Source: Balanoglossus misakiensis
Taxonomy: Eukaryota > Animalia > Hemichordata
Assembly: GCA_040954595.2 (NCBI GenBank)
Contig: CM082590.2
Location: forward strand, 3,038,001 to 3,102,000
Direction of reading: 5' to 3'
Length of the DNA: 64,000 nucleotides
Shown here: one piece after another, positions 1-12,903 of the stretch
Layout: every line of letters starts with the position of its first letter
Numbering within the stretch: the stretch's first letter is position 1
The notes under the pieces: generated by a model
The model's input: only the letters and a program-made list of their open reading frames with translations
Database searches by the model: none
Told to the model about the DNA's origin: nothing
Translations under genes and position numbers: made by a program

Positions 1-201
1 AGAATACCCTGAACTACGTTTTCGCCGTTTAGGCTAAAGACTGGATTTCTGCCTGGCCTTGGCGCGATTTCGACCGACCGCCATGTTGACCTCCCGCGAA
101 GTGAAAAACTACGCATATTGCGGTTGCGTCACAATGTCAACACACACATGTGCTTCAGTCAATGACCTGGTCACGTACGTTCATGACCCTGGATCACAAC
201 A

Positions 202-3200
202 ATGGAATGCGAGGTAAGTACATATACGAATACTTATAGAATTCTGTAAACTAGAGAAAATTAGTAGAGAATGTTTTTTTATGAATGACATTGACATTGA
301 CAATGATAAAGAAGGTAAACTTTACGATGTCAGATGGAGATGCCGGTGATTTACCGTACATCGCGACGTTCATTTGTTTGTTTTGATTCTTGTTTTCACG
401 TTCCGGGATTTATCTAAATTTTCGCTGAGTATTTACGGTTTCTTTAGACCGCTTTCTTGTTCCACGGTGCACTGATTTCTATTTCAAATATGACGTGATC
501 ACCAGTTGTAAACTCCTAACGAAAATACACGTAAGCATAAGTACGAGTAGACGCCGGGTTGCACTGGGGTTGCACTACGGTGACATCGACAGCTGGCAGC
601 TAGCTGTAGATGCCGTAATGTACATGAACTAGACCGGATGCCGATCGGCCCCTATCGAGTACTCATTATCATCTGCTCACGCGCTAATGAACAGGGGGAT
701 TATTATTATGAATAGAGCAAGTGCATGCACTTGCACCGGGGAAAAATATGCATAGAATATTTCGAATTAAAAGTTTGCGAGTCATGCAAACCAAGTGATA
801 ATAAATAGAACCAAGCAGTGGGCTTGAATTTGAATGGCATGCATTTACAGGGGATATGCACCATGCCCCATCCCTGTCCAGAAGAAACACAAACTTATTG
901 ATTTTCTTAGGGGAGAGATGTTACTGTTTGGGTTAGTGAGCAAATTTGATTATTTTGGTAGAGGGCAATCATTGTACACGTCTGGATTTTACATGCATAT
1001 GAATAATGGATTTATGTTCACAAATTTCACCTAATTCATGAAATTGCATGATTTGCAATATAACTGCAATGTACAAAATTATTTATTACAATTTTTCAAT
1101 TTAAAATCTTATTTTTTTCCAGACAAGTGAAATAGATAACGCAGAAAGAGAATCCAGCCCAAGTACAAATGAAAGAGGTAGAGGACAACGTGGTAGAAGT
1201 CGAGGCCGTGGTAGGGGTAGAGGTCGAGGTGGTGAGACTGAGAGAGGAGGAAGTGTTGCAGCTCGGGGGAGTACAAGTCGAGCCGTGGTAGGGGTAGAGG
1301 TCGAGGTGGTGAGACTGAGAGAGGAGGAAGTGTTGCAGCTCGGGGGAGAACAAGCCGACGACGTGGAAGGGGTAGGAGGGGTGCAACATCCGTATCTGTT
1401 GGAGATGCTGTTGCCCAACTACAACAAAGGAGACAAAGAATGGAGGTAACTTTAAAAACATACATTTATTTCATACATATATAAATAAAACAAAACAATA
1501 AAAATAGTGCTGTTTGTATCATTCAATGAAATTGTTAACAATCTGTCCACAGGCTGCTGTTGAACACATGAAAAACGATGAACTGCAAAGAATGGTGATA
1601 CAAATGGTTGATTGGCAGCCTGGTTTGATGTTTAATCTCATATTCCCAGTAACACTAGAACAGCAGGGATACCACCCACCCTCAGCAACTCAATCACCTG
1701 ACTGGTGCATTTGCAGTCACTGTCAGCAGATGCCAACAGAAATGGAGAAAATGTGCTGCGATAAACAGCCACAAAACTGCATCTCAAGATCACCGGTAAG
1801 TCAAGTAAGCTTTTGGATTTTAACTTGTACATGAATATAATTCTACAAGGACTCACTACTAAACCACTATGAACTGAAAATTTGAACTCTAAGTTAAATT
1901 GAACACATTCAGTTCCACTAACCTGGCTACAGTCAAACTGTACTTCCTGTAACATTTTTGCAAAGTATATCCACAATGGTTTGCATATAGCAAAGCAAAG
2001 CTGGTTGTTTGTGTGTTTTTGTCAGAAGTTTTAGAGCCACAATATCATAACGTAGGGAGATAATCCAATGCAAACAGTTTGACCTGAAGGGTTGTGAAAA
2101 GAGTGCATGTGTTGAGGACGGAACTTTGGAAGAACAGGTCACAAACTCAAAGTATACAGAAATATGTATTTGTAACACGATACAGGAATTTATAATTTGT
2201 GCATTATGCATATATTGAGACGTCTAGTGTTAGATTCTGCATATACCAATACAGAGGTCAGATAAACATTGAAATTTAAAGAGACACTGGAAACACACCA
2301 CTATTATTCAAAACCTGAGATTGCTTTCTGAAGTCAAGAAAACAATGATATAAAAATTCCCTTTGGAAGTTGGTGTTGACATCAACACAACTAAATATAT
2401 ATATAAAAAAAATTCTGTGAAGTACTGGTGGCCAGTGCAGCTTCATTGTCACATTTGGCATGGCAGTGTAAGGAAATCGTCGAGTAGTGTGCTATAGAAA
2501 ACATCTTTGTTGACAAATTTACAAAATCTTCAGAACAAAACATCAATACAAACTGATTATTCTAAAGTTAAAGGGACAAAGTCTCTCTCTCGCTGCCCTT
2601 TTTCCATTAATTATGTTTGATACAAGACACTATTTATGTTAATTTACATGTGGATATGAATCAACGCTCAACCACACACACCTTCCATCCCACTTGTATC
2701 ATGCGAAGTAAAAACTTGCCCAGAATGAATAAATGGTAGAGACCGTTTATTTATTTTGGTGAGTTTTTCACTCTTGTGTCTACAAGCAGGAATGGGAGGT
2801 GTGTTTGGTCGAATGTTGATTCACTATATATCCACATGTAGAATAACATGAACAATGTCTTGTATCAAGCAAAATCACTGGAAAAGGGCAGTGAGAGAGA
2901 GAGACTTCGTCCCTTTAAAAATGTTACATTTTGGTAAATGACAACAGCATGCCATCTATGTCACTGTCAGTAATAAAACTTCAGTGATTACAATATGAGT
3001 TGAAAGTCTTGTAAATATTTCATTAAATTTGCTTGTGGTTTACACTTTATGTGAATGAATGTAAATGTGGACAAAAAACTACTGTAATCTTGAAGGAACA
3101 AATCCAGTGTTGCGGGCAAATGGGTCAGGAAATCGGTCCTGGATCTTCCAGACACAGCAACTATAGAGAGGTTTGACTGTAGGCTCTTCCTTTTTTTTTA

Positions 3201-3504
3201 CATATTATGAACCTAACTTTTGTTATCTTTCTGTCACCAGGATTTCAATGTGCTTGTGCTCAATGAGGCTGTGTTGGCCTTGGCTAGGACCTACAGGCGA
3301 GAAATCTTTGCTACTGATGATGATGATGACAATAACACAGATAACCGACATGCTGCCTATAGGCAGTATGTCATGTGGCAGTATGGTCGTTTAGGTGCAG
3401 GAAACCGTGTGGTCATTCCCAGTTGCTGTGTCTGGGAGATCCGGGACCGATTTCCTGACCCATTCGCCCGCTACACTGGATTTGTTCCTTCAAGATTACA
3501 ATAG
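202..3504 (+). CDS. P2X7 C-terminal (ballast) domain-like / KolX-type protein; exons 202-213, 1123-1445, 1553-1795, 3241-3504; 1-bp frameshift in exon 2
   Basis: Exon 3 WCICSHCQQMPTEMEKMCC..C and exon 4 RHAAYRQYVMWQYGRLGAGNRVVIPSCCVWEIRDRFPDPFARYTGF are the hallmark motifs of this family. All introns are GT..AG. Exon 2 is RG-rich and 323 nt (not a multiple of 3). Exon 1 is the least certain. Confidence 0.85.
1197..1352 (+). repeat. Two-copy ~78 bp tandem repeat encoding RG-rich peptide in KolX exon 2
   Basis: AAGTCGAGGCCGTGGTAGGGG...GCAGCTCGGGGGAG at 1197 and again at 1275; the second copy lacks one G (CGAGCC vs CGAGGCC). Confidence 0.9.
2572..2914. mobile_element. Non-autonomous Kolobok-type fold-back MITE in KolX intron 3
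   Basis: TTAA (2568-2571) AGGGACAAAGTCTCTCTCTC ... GAGAGACTTCGTCCCT TTAA (2915-2918); imperfect inverted arms of ~165 bp, similar to 16385-16570. Confidence 0.88.
3059..3162 (-). repeat. Inverted partial copy of the KolX last-exon 3' end (3421-3530)
   Basis: CTACTGTAATCTTGAAGGAACAAATCCAGTGTTGCGGGCAAATGGGTCAGGAAATCGGTCCTGGATCTTCCAGACACAGCAACT is, with a few mismatches, the reverse complement of 3421-3504 plus some 3' UTR. Confidence 0.9.
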
Positions 3505-3536
3505 TTTTTTTTGTCTACATGTATTTACATATGGAA

Positions 3537-6500
3537 TCATTCAGGCAATTCTCTGGTTCGTCTCGATATTTTTTCTTTTACTAGATCAGTTGTTGGTGGT
3601 GGTGGTATTTGAGCCAGATGCATGGATATTCTCCTAGGATCTGTAGTTTCTAGTTCTCTCTTTTTCTTCATTCCTTCTCTATCTTGAAGTCTCTTCTGCA
3701 GAATATCTTTTATCAGTGGCTTGATGTAGGGATAGGACTTGGCTTCTTTTACTGGAGCGGCGGACCATCTGTTGCTCTTTTTGTTGAATTTTCTGTGGTA
3801 CCTTTGATTGAAACGCAGTGATCAAAAACTTAGTTTGTGCAATCATTTTTACTTCACTTACTGTATTGTTTTTATATGCAACAATACCACATGCTGTATG
3901 CATGCATTTCTTTTTTACCACGATTTTACACCTTTCAATTGTTATTTTGAATTTTGTTTTTAAACTGCTTGTCTTTCACAGAATGACATTTTGTTTTCTG
4001 CAAAAGCTACATTTTAAAAGTGATTACTGTGGTTATATTAAATGTGTTTTGGCATTCATTTACATTTGAAGATTCTGCAATAAAGTGTTGTTTGGACTCA
4101 CATTTCTTGACCATCTTTAGTTTTCCTTGTTTCCCTTTCTAGGTGCGCATTGTGGTCTAAGGCGGCCAAGATATTTCTGGCCCTGTATGCTGGTGGTGAG
4201 TAAGCATACCTCTTGGAAGCGTACATTAGAATGTGTTGTTGGAAAGATTCCAATTCAGCCGTCGATCTGCAGAAGAACAGATAATAAAACTTCTGTTCAG
4301 TCTATTTGTCTTCAAATTGGGTAAGACTGCTGTCAAAGGCAACCAAGTTCATGGCCACAAAAGCCTGTATATGAGACTTACATAAATAAGTATTTGTTGT
4401 CATACTACACAATTTGGGTCATGATACCATCTACAGTGACAAAAAAATATTTTACAACCTATAAAACAAGGATTTTGTTTAGTGACCCTTTTACTTTTAA
4501 ATGTCAACTACCGGTAACTCATTTCCAAGCTAATATTGACAGGTTTCTCGCAAAAATTAGCATTGATTTTTGCAACAAAATGCCACAGGAAATGCCAGAG
4601 TATGTATGGCCCTATTTATTGGTGTCTTTTGGCCAAATGACCAATTTTGTTACCTGAAATTCAGAAGATAGTGGATCTTCTTTAGGAATGCTTTGTCAAA
4701 CACGACATTTCTCAATGCCAAATGGGCTGCACCGTTTTTCTTTAAGTAGTTCCTTTCAGCGTCCCCAGTATCAGCAAGTGGTCCATGGTCGCATTCCATG
4801 GCATTGCTGTTGCCATAGTTCACATGCCATGTGTGTTCATCTACCACGTGATGTATAACACCACCCCAAATCTCCTGCACAACAACATACAGTCTCTATA
4901 TCACGATTTTTGATTATATCAGTAAAGTTTACAATCCCATAAATCACTATTGCAATAACATGAACTATGACATGTTCAATGCACAGCAAAACAGCAGCAA
5001 CCAATCCAATTGAATGTTAAAACATGTCTCAATATTTATTATCAAATATTAATTTTTAAGATTACCCTAAGAAGTCTCTATAGTATCACACATTTTAACA
5101 TCTAGGCTAGCTGATGATAAGTAATACTTACCAGAAACTTGTCCATATCTGATGCTTTTTGACAACAATACCAAAAGTGGTTCACAATGTGGGTCACCCA
5201 TTTCAGCAGTGGTTTGCACTCTTTGTTTTGTGCAGCCTTAAAAAAACACAGAATACACTCATGATTGTGATGTCCGGGGAGGGGTTATTGACAGTCGACA
5301 ACGACGGAGTTCCACAGAAGTGATGTTTATTGAATGACAACCACGCGGGAACTAACAGTTACAGGAAATCACGTATACAGACCATGTGACAATCACGTGA
5401 TCATGACAATACTATCACATCTCCTCAACTTTAGAAGAAAACTTGTACTTTAAGTTTACAACTCGCTTTGGAAAGTATGAAATTTGCCAACACTGTCAAA
5501 TTGTAATGCTTTGTGAATGATCATGTTCTAACAAACGAAAACAAACAGAACCTTAACCTTAACAAGAACTTGAGAACTTCATAACTAGGAAAATACAAAT
5601 CTCCAAGAGAAAATTTGCTCTACAGAAACTCATTCCATAATGTTTGTGTACAGTCTTATGTCAATATAATCTATCCTTCTGGCATGCAATAGTCTTTGTG
5701 CCAAGGAGGTTTAGATTTTATTCTTGTTGAGCGTCTCACATCAGTACTATTGGGGTTTACATTTGTCTTAGGTGAATTTGTCACTGGCATTGTTGGAGGA
5801 ACATTTACAATAGTTTCCAACGATGCTGTACCAGTAGGTGAAACAGGACTAGGACATGCTGGTCCAGTTGATTTCTGACTAGAACAGACGGGTTATACTG
5901 GCAAGTTATCCAGGTTGTTATGTGTAGACAAATCATGGATATGGGGGTTACAGGATGGAACACCATTTTGAACCCTTTGAGGTTGTTCATATGTCAAATG
6001 TTTGGAGTTCCATTCAGTGCCCTGGAAGGAAAATTCTGGATATTCCTCAACATATTTCTTTACATGTCCAGTGGACCTTCTTTTTACACCTTTGGAGTTT
6101 TCCAATACTAACGCACCTCCATCTTTCTGGATGACTTTGTATGGTTCTGTCTCGAAATTGGGAGTGAGTTTGTTTTGCCTAAATGCTTGCTGGAGCAAAA
6201 CAGTATCACCTTCCCTGATATCTGAGGAAGTGGCATGTCTCCTGTTGTCGGCATAGAACTTTTGTTTCATTTTCATTCTGTTGTTTCTTTCTCTCATTTT
6301 GATTTGCCAATCAGACTCATTGATTGTTTGGGATGGAATTCTCAGTCTAGGAATTTTGTCCCTAAACTCTCTTCCCATCAGAGCCATAGCAGGAGATATG
6401 CCTGTCACAGTATGGGGTGTATTTCTATATTCAAATAGAAAATGTGTCAAATCTTTGTACCAACTTTTCTTTTGCAATTTAGCAATTCGTACAGACTTCA

Positions 6501-9500
6501 AAATTATTTCATTCAGCCTCTCAACACTTCCATTGCTCTGAGGCCAGTATGGAATGGAATATTCATGATCAATACCTAAGTAATCAAGGAAACCTTCAAA
6601 CTCGGCTGAGGTAAAAGGTGGACCATTGTCTGATTTGACACAGTAAGGCAACCCATGTGTAAGAAACATAGCTTCCATGGCTTTTATGACATGGGCAGCA
6701 TCTGTTTTCTTTAACAAAACTACTTCAGGCCATCTAGAGTATAAATCAGTTACCACTAGTAATTTCTCACCATCACATACATCCAAAAGATCAACTGCTA
6801 AATCGAACCATGGTCCTTCAGGTAACTGTGTGGGTAATAATGGCTCTGGGTTTGGCCTGGCACTGACCAATTGACATGGATGACAGGATCGTATCAGTTT
6901 TTCCACATCCCTGTCCATTCCTGGCCACCAAACTCTGTCACGTAAACGAGCCTTTGTCCTCACAATTCCCTGATGACCCTGGTGTGCAATTTTCAAGATT
7001 TTTCTTTGCAAAACTTGAGGAACAACCAATCTGTTACCACGCATGATCAATCTGCCATACAACCATAATTCGTCTTTCACATGCCAATAGGGTGAAGACT
7101 TCAATTTTGACCAATTTGCAGAGGTAATACACTTTTCAACCAATTGCAAGCTCTGGTCTTTTGCAGATTCTCTCTCAATATCACGTGGGGTGATAGCAGA
7201 TGGCATAGCCTCTAAAACAACACTACATGCAAAATCTTCAGTCTCTCTACAATAGTTGTCAGATGGTTCGTCCACGGGCAATCTACTCAACATGTCCGCA
7301 TAATTATTCTTTCCCTTGATATGGGTGATATGATAATCAAATTGTTGCATATATAACAGCCATCTCTCAATTCTAGCTGAAGGGGGCCTGGAGTTAGGGC
7401 TGAATACTTTCAATAAAGGCTTATGGTCAGTTCTGACCTCAAAATGACTGCCTAGCAGAAACTGCTGAAGTTTCTCACATGCCCATTTAACTCCAAGCGC
7501 CTCTCGCTCAAACTGAGAGTACCTTGACTCAACATGTGTAAGCTTTCTGCTAACATAGTACACTGGTTGATATGAACCATTACTTTGCATTTGTTCAAGG
7601 ATTGCTCCAACACCAACGGGCGATGCATCAGAAGTGACTCGAGTTTTAGCACCCTGCTTGAAATAAGCCATGAATGGACTTGTGGTCAATTTATGTTTGA
7701 TGAGATTGAATACTTTCTCATGCTTGGGAAGCCATTTCCACTTTGCATCTTTGCGAGTCAAATCCCACAGTGGGCTTGTCACTGTTGCAAATTTATCGAC
7801 ATATTTTGAGCAAAATTGAGCCAGCCCCAAGAAACTTCTCAATTCTGATTTGTCAGTTGGCGTTCGAGCTTTTACAATAGCTTTGACCTTCTCATCAGTG
7901 AGTTTCATACCCTGGGCCGTCATCAAGTGACCCATGAATATCATACTGTCTCCTAGCTTACATTTTGTAAAGTTCAGCGTTAAACCATGCTCACTAAAAC
8001 GCTTGATCACTTTCCCAACTCTGGCATGCAGCTGCTCATAATTTTCAGCTACTACTCTAATATCATCATGCATGTTGTGGGCACCCTCACAGCCCTTCAA
8101 AACCTGGCTAATTAGATTTTGAAACTTTTCAGTCGCCATGTTCACACCAAAAACTAAACGCTTGTAGCGATACAAAGAGTTGGGCCCTGAAAAGGTTGTA
8201 ATATCCCTGCTCTTTTCATCGAGCTCAATTTGATGGAAAGCCATATTCATATCAAGCTTGCAAAATACCTTGGCCCCTGAAATTTCCTCTAGCGTTTCAT
8301 CCATGGTGGGAACAGGGTGTCTTTCCCTAACAATGGCTTGATTTGCTTTTCTCATGTCCAGACATAGTCTGATATCCCCATCAGGCTTTTGTACTGTTAC
8401 AAGGGGGTTGACCCAAGAGGTCGGACCCGAAACCTTCTCTATTACTCCCAGCTTTTGAAGCTCGTTGAGTTTTTTCAACAACTTTAGCACGGCGGTTGAA
8501 AGGAATTCGCCGGTACTGGGCTATGGGTTTGACACTCTCATCAATATGCAAATGGAGCTTGTAGCCCTTTAACTTACCCAACCCATTAAATACCTCAGGA
8601 TATTTCCTCCGCAATTCTGCAAGAATTGGCGAAGAATTATCAGCAGATATTGAATTTATCGTGTACAGATTCACATTTCCAACTCTCAACATATCTAAAT
8701 TCTCAGAAGTACTCCGACTCAACAAAATCGGTTGATCAGCCTTGATCACTATAAAATCAGCAATACATTTCTTTTTAGTAGGCGCTTCAACATGTAAGGC
8801 ACATTTACCCAATATATCTAAAGGTTTACTAGAACCATAGGTAAACACTTTATTGTTACAATTTCGAACTTTTACACCACGCTTTTCAGCAAGTCTGCGA
8901 AATTGTCTTTCACCAATGAGATTACATGTAGCACCACTGTCGATGATAACCGGCACGTGTTGATTCTCGATCTGAATACCTGTATCAGTGAGGTCCTTCC
9001 CACTGGAAGCACGGAAAGCAGCATTGAAAGCATAGTACGCTTTCTCCTCGTCAGTCTCGACGTCTGCATGGCCACCATCGGCGTTTGCATCAGTAGTCGT
9101 CTGAGCTACCTTGTGTGTACCGCGACCATCACCACGCGTACGGCCACGTCCACGTGCGCTGCGGTTACCACCACTGCCTCGACTGTTGCCATTTTCACTG
9201 TCTTTAGACGGACAGTCTTCCCACTTAGCACGACAGTCTGCAGCTCTGTGTCCCGGTTTTTGACATCGGAAACACCGGTCGGATTTTTGTTCGGCATTGC
9301 GAGAACTACCACTTGTACTGGCGCGACATTCACGTTGCATGTGACCTTTCCTTCCACAACGGAAACAGGCTAAGTCCGCCATTTTGTTTTTGGCGCGCGT
9401 ACGTTTACCGCCAATATTGACTGCATTTGCACTCACAGCTTGAGTACCAGACACCAAAACTAGTGCATCTTTGTCGTGATACGACCGTATGATTTGTAGT

Positions 9501-12500
9501 AGTTTGGTAGTGTCCAAATTCTTTTCACGATACAGCTTGCTTTTTAGCACCTTGTCGCTGATGTAGAGCAAGACACGATCTCTTATCTGGTTGTCTTTTT
9601 CCGTCTCGGGAAAATCACAGTCTTTCAGTAGGTTCTTGAGACGTATTACGTAGCTGTCGACCGTCTCCCCGGACGTGGGAGTTGCGCTGTAAAACTTCTG
9701 TCTCGCCATAGGAACGTTTTTCTGCAGTTGAAAGTGTTTATCCAAACATGCTATCAACGTTGCGCAGTTTGTGACGTCACCAGTTTCATCTTCAGATTTA
9801 GTGCTAACAATGTCTCTGATGCCCGCTCCAGCCATGTGCAAAAGTAAGGCACGCTTCTGCGCATTATTTGAAACACCAGAAGCTGCTACGAACAGTTCAA
9901 ATTCCTGAAGCCAACGCTCCCACCTTTGCTGAAGAGCCTCCGGTTCGCCTTCACAGTCGAATCCCGCCACTCCTGGCAGTCCGGACAGCGTTACGGGTGT
10001 AGACATTTTCATGCACTCAAATCACGGCTAAAAAGTCACCAAATCTCGTAAAGGTTGCTTGCGTATGTTCTTCGATAGTTAATTTAGACAACTAAATCCT
10101 CGTCGCCATTTATGTGATGTCCGGGGAGGGGTTATTGACAGTCGACAACGACGGAGTTCCACAGAAGTGATGTTTATTGAATGACAACCACGCGGGAACT
10201 AACAGTTACAGGAAATCACGTATACAGACCATGTGACAATCACGTGATCATGACAATACTATCACAATGATCTGATATAAACTGATGGTTCATAACTATT
10301 CACCATAGACCTGAACTTGTTTGTGACATTTACTGATGCAAATAACAACTGCACAATTTGAATATTGCCATAACTATTTTCAAAGGTAGTTTGACACCCA
10401 TCCCACCCAAAATGATAGAAGGATCAGTTAGTAACATTCTATACCCTTACATTTTTATGTGTCAGTGTCACACATATTTAGAAGATAAATGAAAACTGAA
10501 TACAAGAATAAAAGTTTGTCTAACCTTTATGATCTTCTTTGACAAGTTCTTGGCAGCATGCCAAATGTCATGAGAATGTTTTATGTCTGGGTGATCGTCT
10601 CCTATAAGAGTGGGTAAATGTGATTACAAATGGAGCTTCAAAATGACAGTGTTATGATTGCCAAATACATTATCTCAGAAAAACAAAATCAACATTGACC
10701 TGTATAACAGCTTTGCTTTTGGCATTTCAAAGCAACATATAACCCAAGTTAAGATGGGTCCCTAGGATCTTTTTGCTCGTTGCTATGGGCCTTTATAGGA
10801 CACTACACTCAATTTTGATCGAAACCGTTATGAACGTCCGACAAGGGGCTTGTAACTAGTTAAAAATACGCACGATTGTGTGCACACACCCTGTCCGAGT
10901 ATGGTTACGGCAGCTACCGCCCGGCCATAGGCCGCCACGCTAATACGGCAAAGCAGCAGTCACCGATAGCGTGCGCGTCCTGTAACCACAGTAACTGGAT
11001 CGAACGCTAAAAATCCAATGTTTTGTACACAGAGATTTTGTACCGTTCACGAAAATCCCTAAGGCTTTTTTCATAGGCGACGTAGGCCAGCCAAATTTGA
11101 CCTGCTTGTTGAGAACGCACTTCCGCATAGTGTGACGGATCGTTTTTTCGGTTTTCGTCGTGCTAAGAAGCGATACCGGTGGAAGAGTGCGTCCAAAAAC
11201 ACCCACAATCGATGACTTTTTCAGGTGTGGTACGGGTATGCTGAAATCGTAGGATACAACGATAATATTCGAAAACAAAATCCGTCACGATCTTCCCTGG
11301 TTCAAGCAACTAATGAATACGTATCAAGTTCGTTTTTGAGGTCACGGAATAAAAAGCCTTAGGCTTTTGAAATTTGACCTAGCTAATTTGCATATCAATG
11401 GCGTCAGGGGGCGCGCGCTCACAATCGTGCAGATTTTCAACTAGTTACCAGCCCCTTGTTAGACTCTGAAAACGGCTTAGTCCAAATCGGGGTGTAATGT
11501 CCTATAAAGGCCCATAGCAACGGGCAAAAAGATCCTAGGGACCCATCTTAAAATCATAAAATTACACTTACTCATCAGAGCTGTAATCTGCATGTGGGCA
11601 TCTGTTACGACTTCTTTGACATTTACACCTTTCTCCTGAAGCTGGTTTAGACTTTTAACAAGGCAGGCCTTTTCCATGTTTGTTGACTTCTTCTCTGTTT
11701 CTCTTTTGTCCATGGTTATTATCGACAGAATTTTCTTGGTGGTTTCCTCCATCACAGTATAGGTGCAATATTGCGCACAAAAACCCGGGGAATCCATTCG
11801 CCCATCACCTGAGACATAATCAAGTAAATATGTCAGTCAAATTATACATAAGTATGCATAAGTGAGAACATTTCCAATTCAATGATTTTACAATGAGTAT
11901 GAAATGATGCAAATGAGGAAGTAAATGCCACCAAATAATAACTATTGTATTCTCTTTTCTAAATCAGCAGAATAGAGTGTGTAAGTATAAACTTTTAGAC
12001 ATAAATTACAAGTGCATTGGCAGACATGTGATGGATAATCAGTGGGGTGAGCCAATCAGATTAGGTGCGTGTCATTAACAATGAAGCTAAAAACTTACCC
12101 AGTAAAACAAGTTCTTGGCCATCAAATGAATCAATGATGTCTTGTTGTTGTCGTATCCAAAATTCATCAAGACATGGTATTAGATAAGCTTTCTGAATTC
12201 TATTGTAAGTATTCTGGGAGCAAATTCTGAGTGACAGAATGCTTGCCAAAAAATTAATTTTGGCATAATTATTACCAGACAATAGAATGGCAGCTGCTGT
12301 GAAGAGATCACCACTATGAAGTCTCCTGTTCAAAATTGGTTGTGAACACCATTCGTACTCAAGGTGACCAGCTGAGCATTCCTGAAAAAAAAAAGTTTAA
12401 AGATTCATGCTTATTTGATCATTTCATGTTGATTTCTCCAAGACACGATAAAACAGATGTTAATACCGATAACTTTGTAATTTCAGTTGACTATTGTTTT

Positions 12501-12869
12501 TTATTATAAACCTAAAGGAACAATGTGCACCCACATAGGATTATAACTAGAGTTTCCTGTTCATCTAAATAATACTGGCATAGTGATTGTCCATACAATG
12601 CACACTACAGTTGGTATAGTTTAACAATAATTGTCAAGAATATACCATATTTAGTTCACACTCACCCACTTTAGATATAAAGCTGAGCCAACAAACTTTG
12701 AAGTAGAGGATATCAATCCACTGCAAGACTTCAATGCACAGACTTGCCTAATAGATTTTTTGCCAAGGGCCAGAAGCTGGTTAAAAAAAAACAGACATGT
12801 TGTAGAGTCACCAAGGAGGCTTTCCCCATCTTCTTCTGTGACAACTCTCTGCAGACCCGGTGATGGTGT

Positions 12870-12903
<34 letters not shown>

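Larger units (their letters stand above)
5266..10266 (-). mobile_element. Gypsy/Ty3 (Mag-like) LTR retrotransposon, full length, in transposase intron 10
   Basis: Identical 154-bp TG..CA LTRs (5266-5419, 10113-10266); 5-bp TSD ATGAT (5261-5265, 10267-10271); PBS, PPT (~5420-5430) and gag-pol present. Confidence 0.96.

Noticed and set aside
1096-1465. Three minus-strand Pro/Ser/Thr-rich ORFs
   Set aside because: Antisense shadows of the RG-rich KolX exon 2.
2572-2914. MITE as a long terminal direct repeat (KolobokP-like) bounding the large element
   Set aside because: The right end at 16385-16570 matches only about half of the MITE, and the MITE lies inside a KolX intron with its own TTAA pair.
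202-3504. Host P2RX7 receptor gene
   Set aside because: Only the cytoplasmic Cys-rich domain is present, with no transmembrane or ectodomain exons, and it lies inside a transposon.
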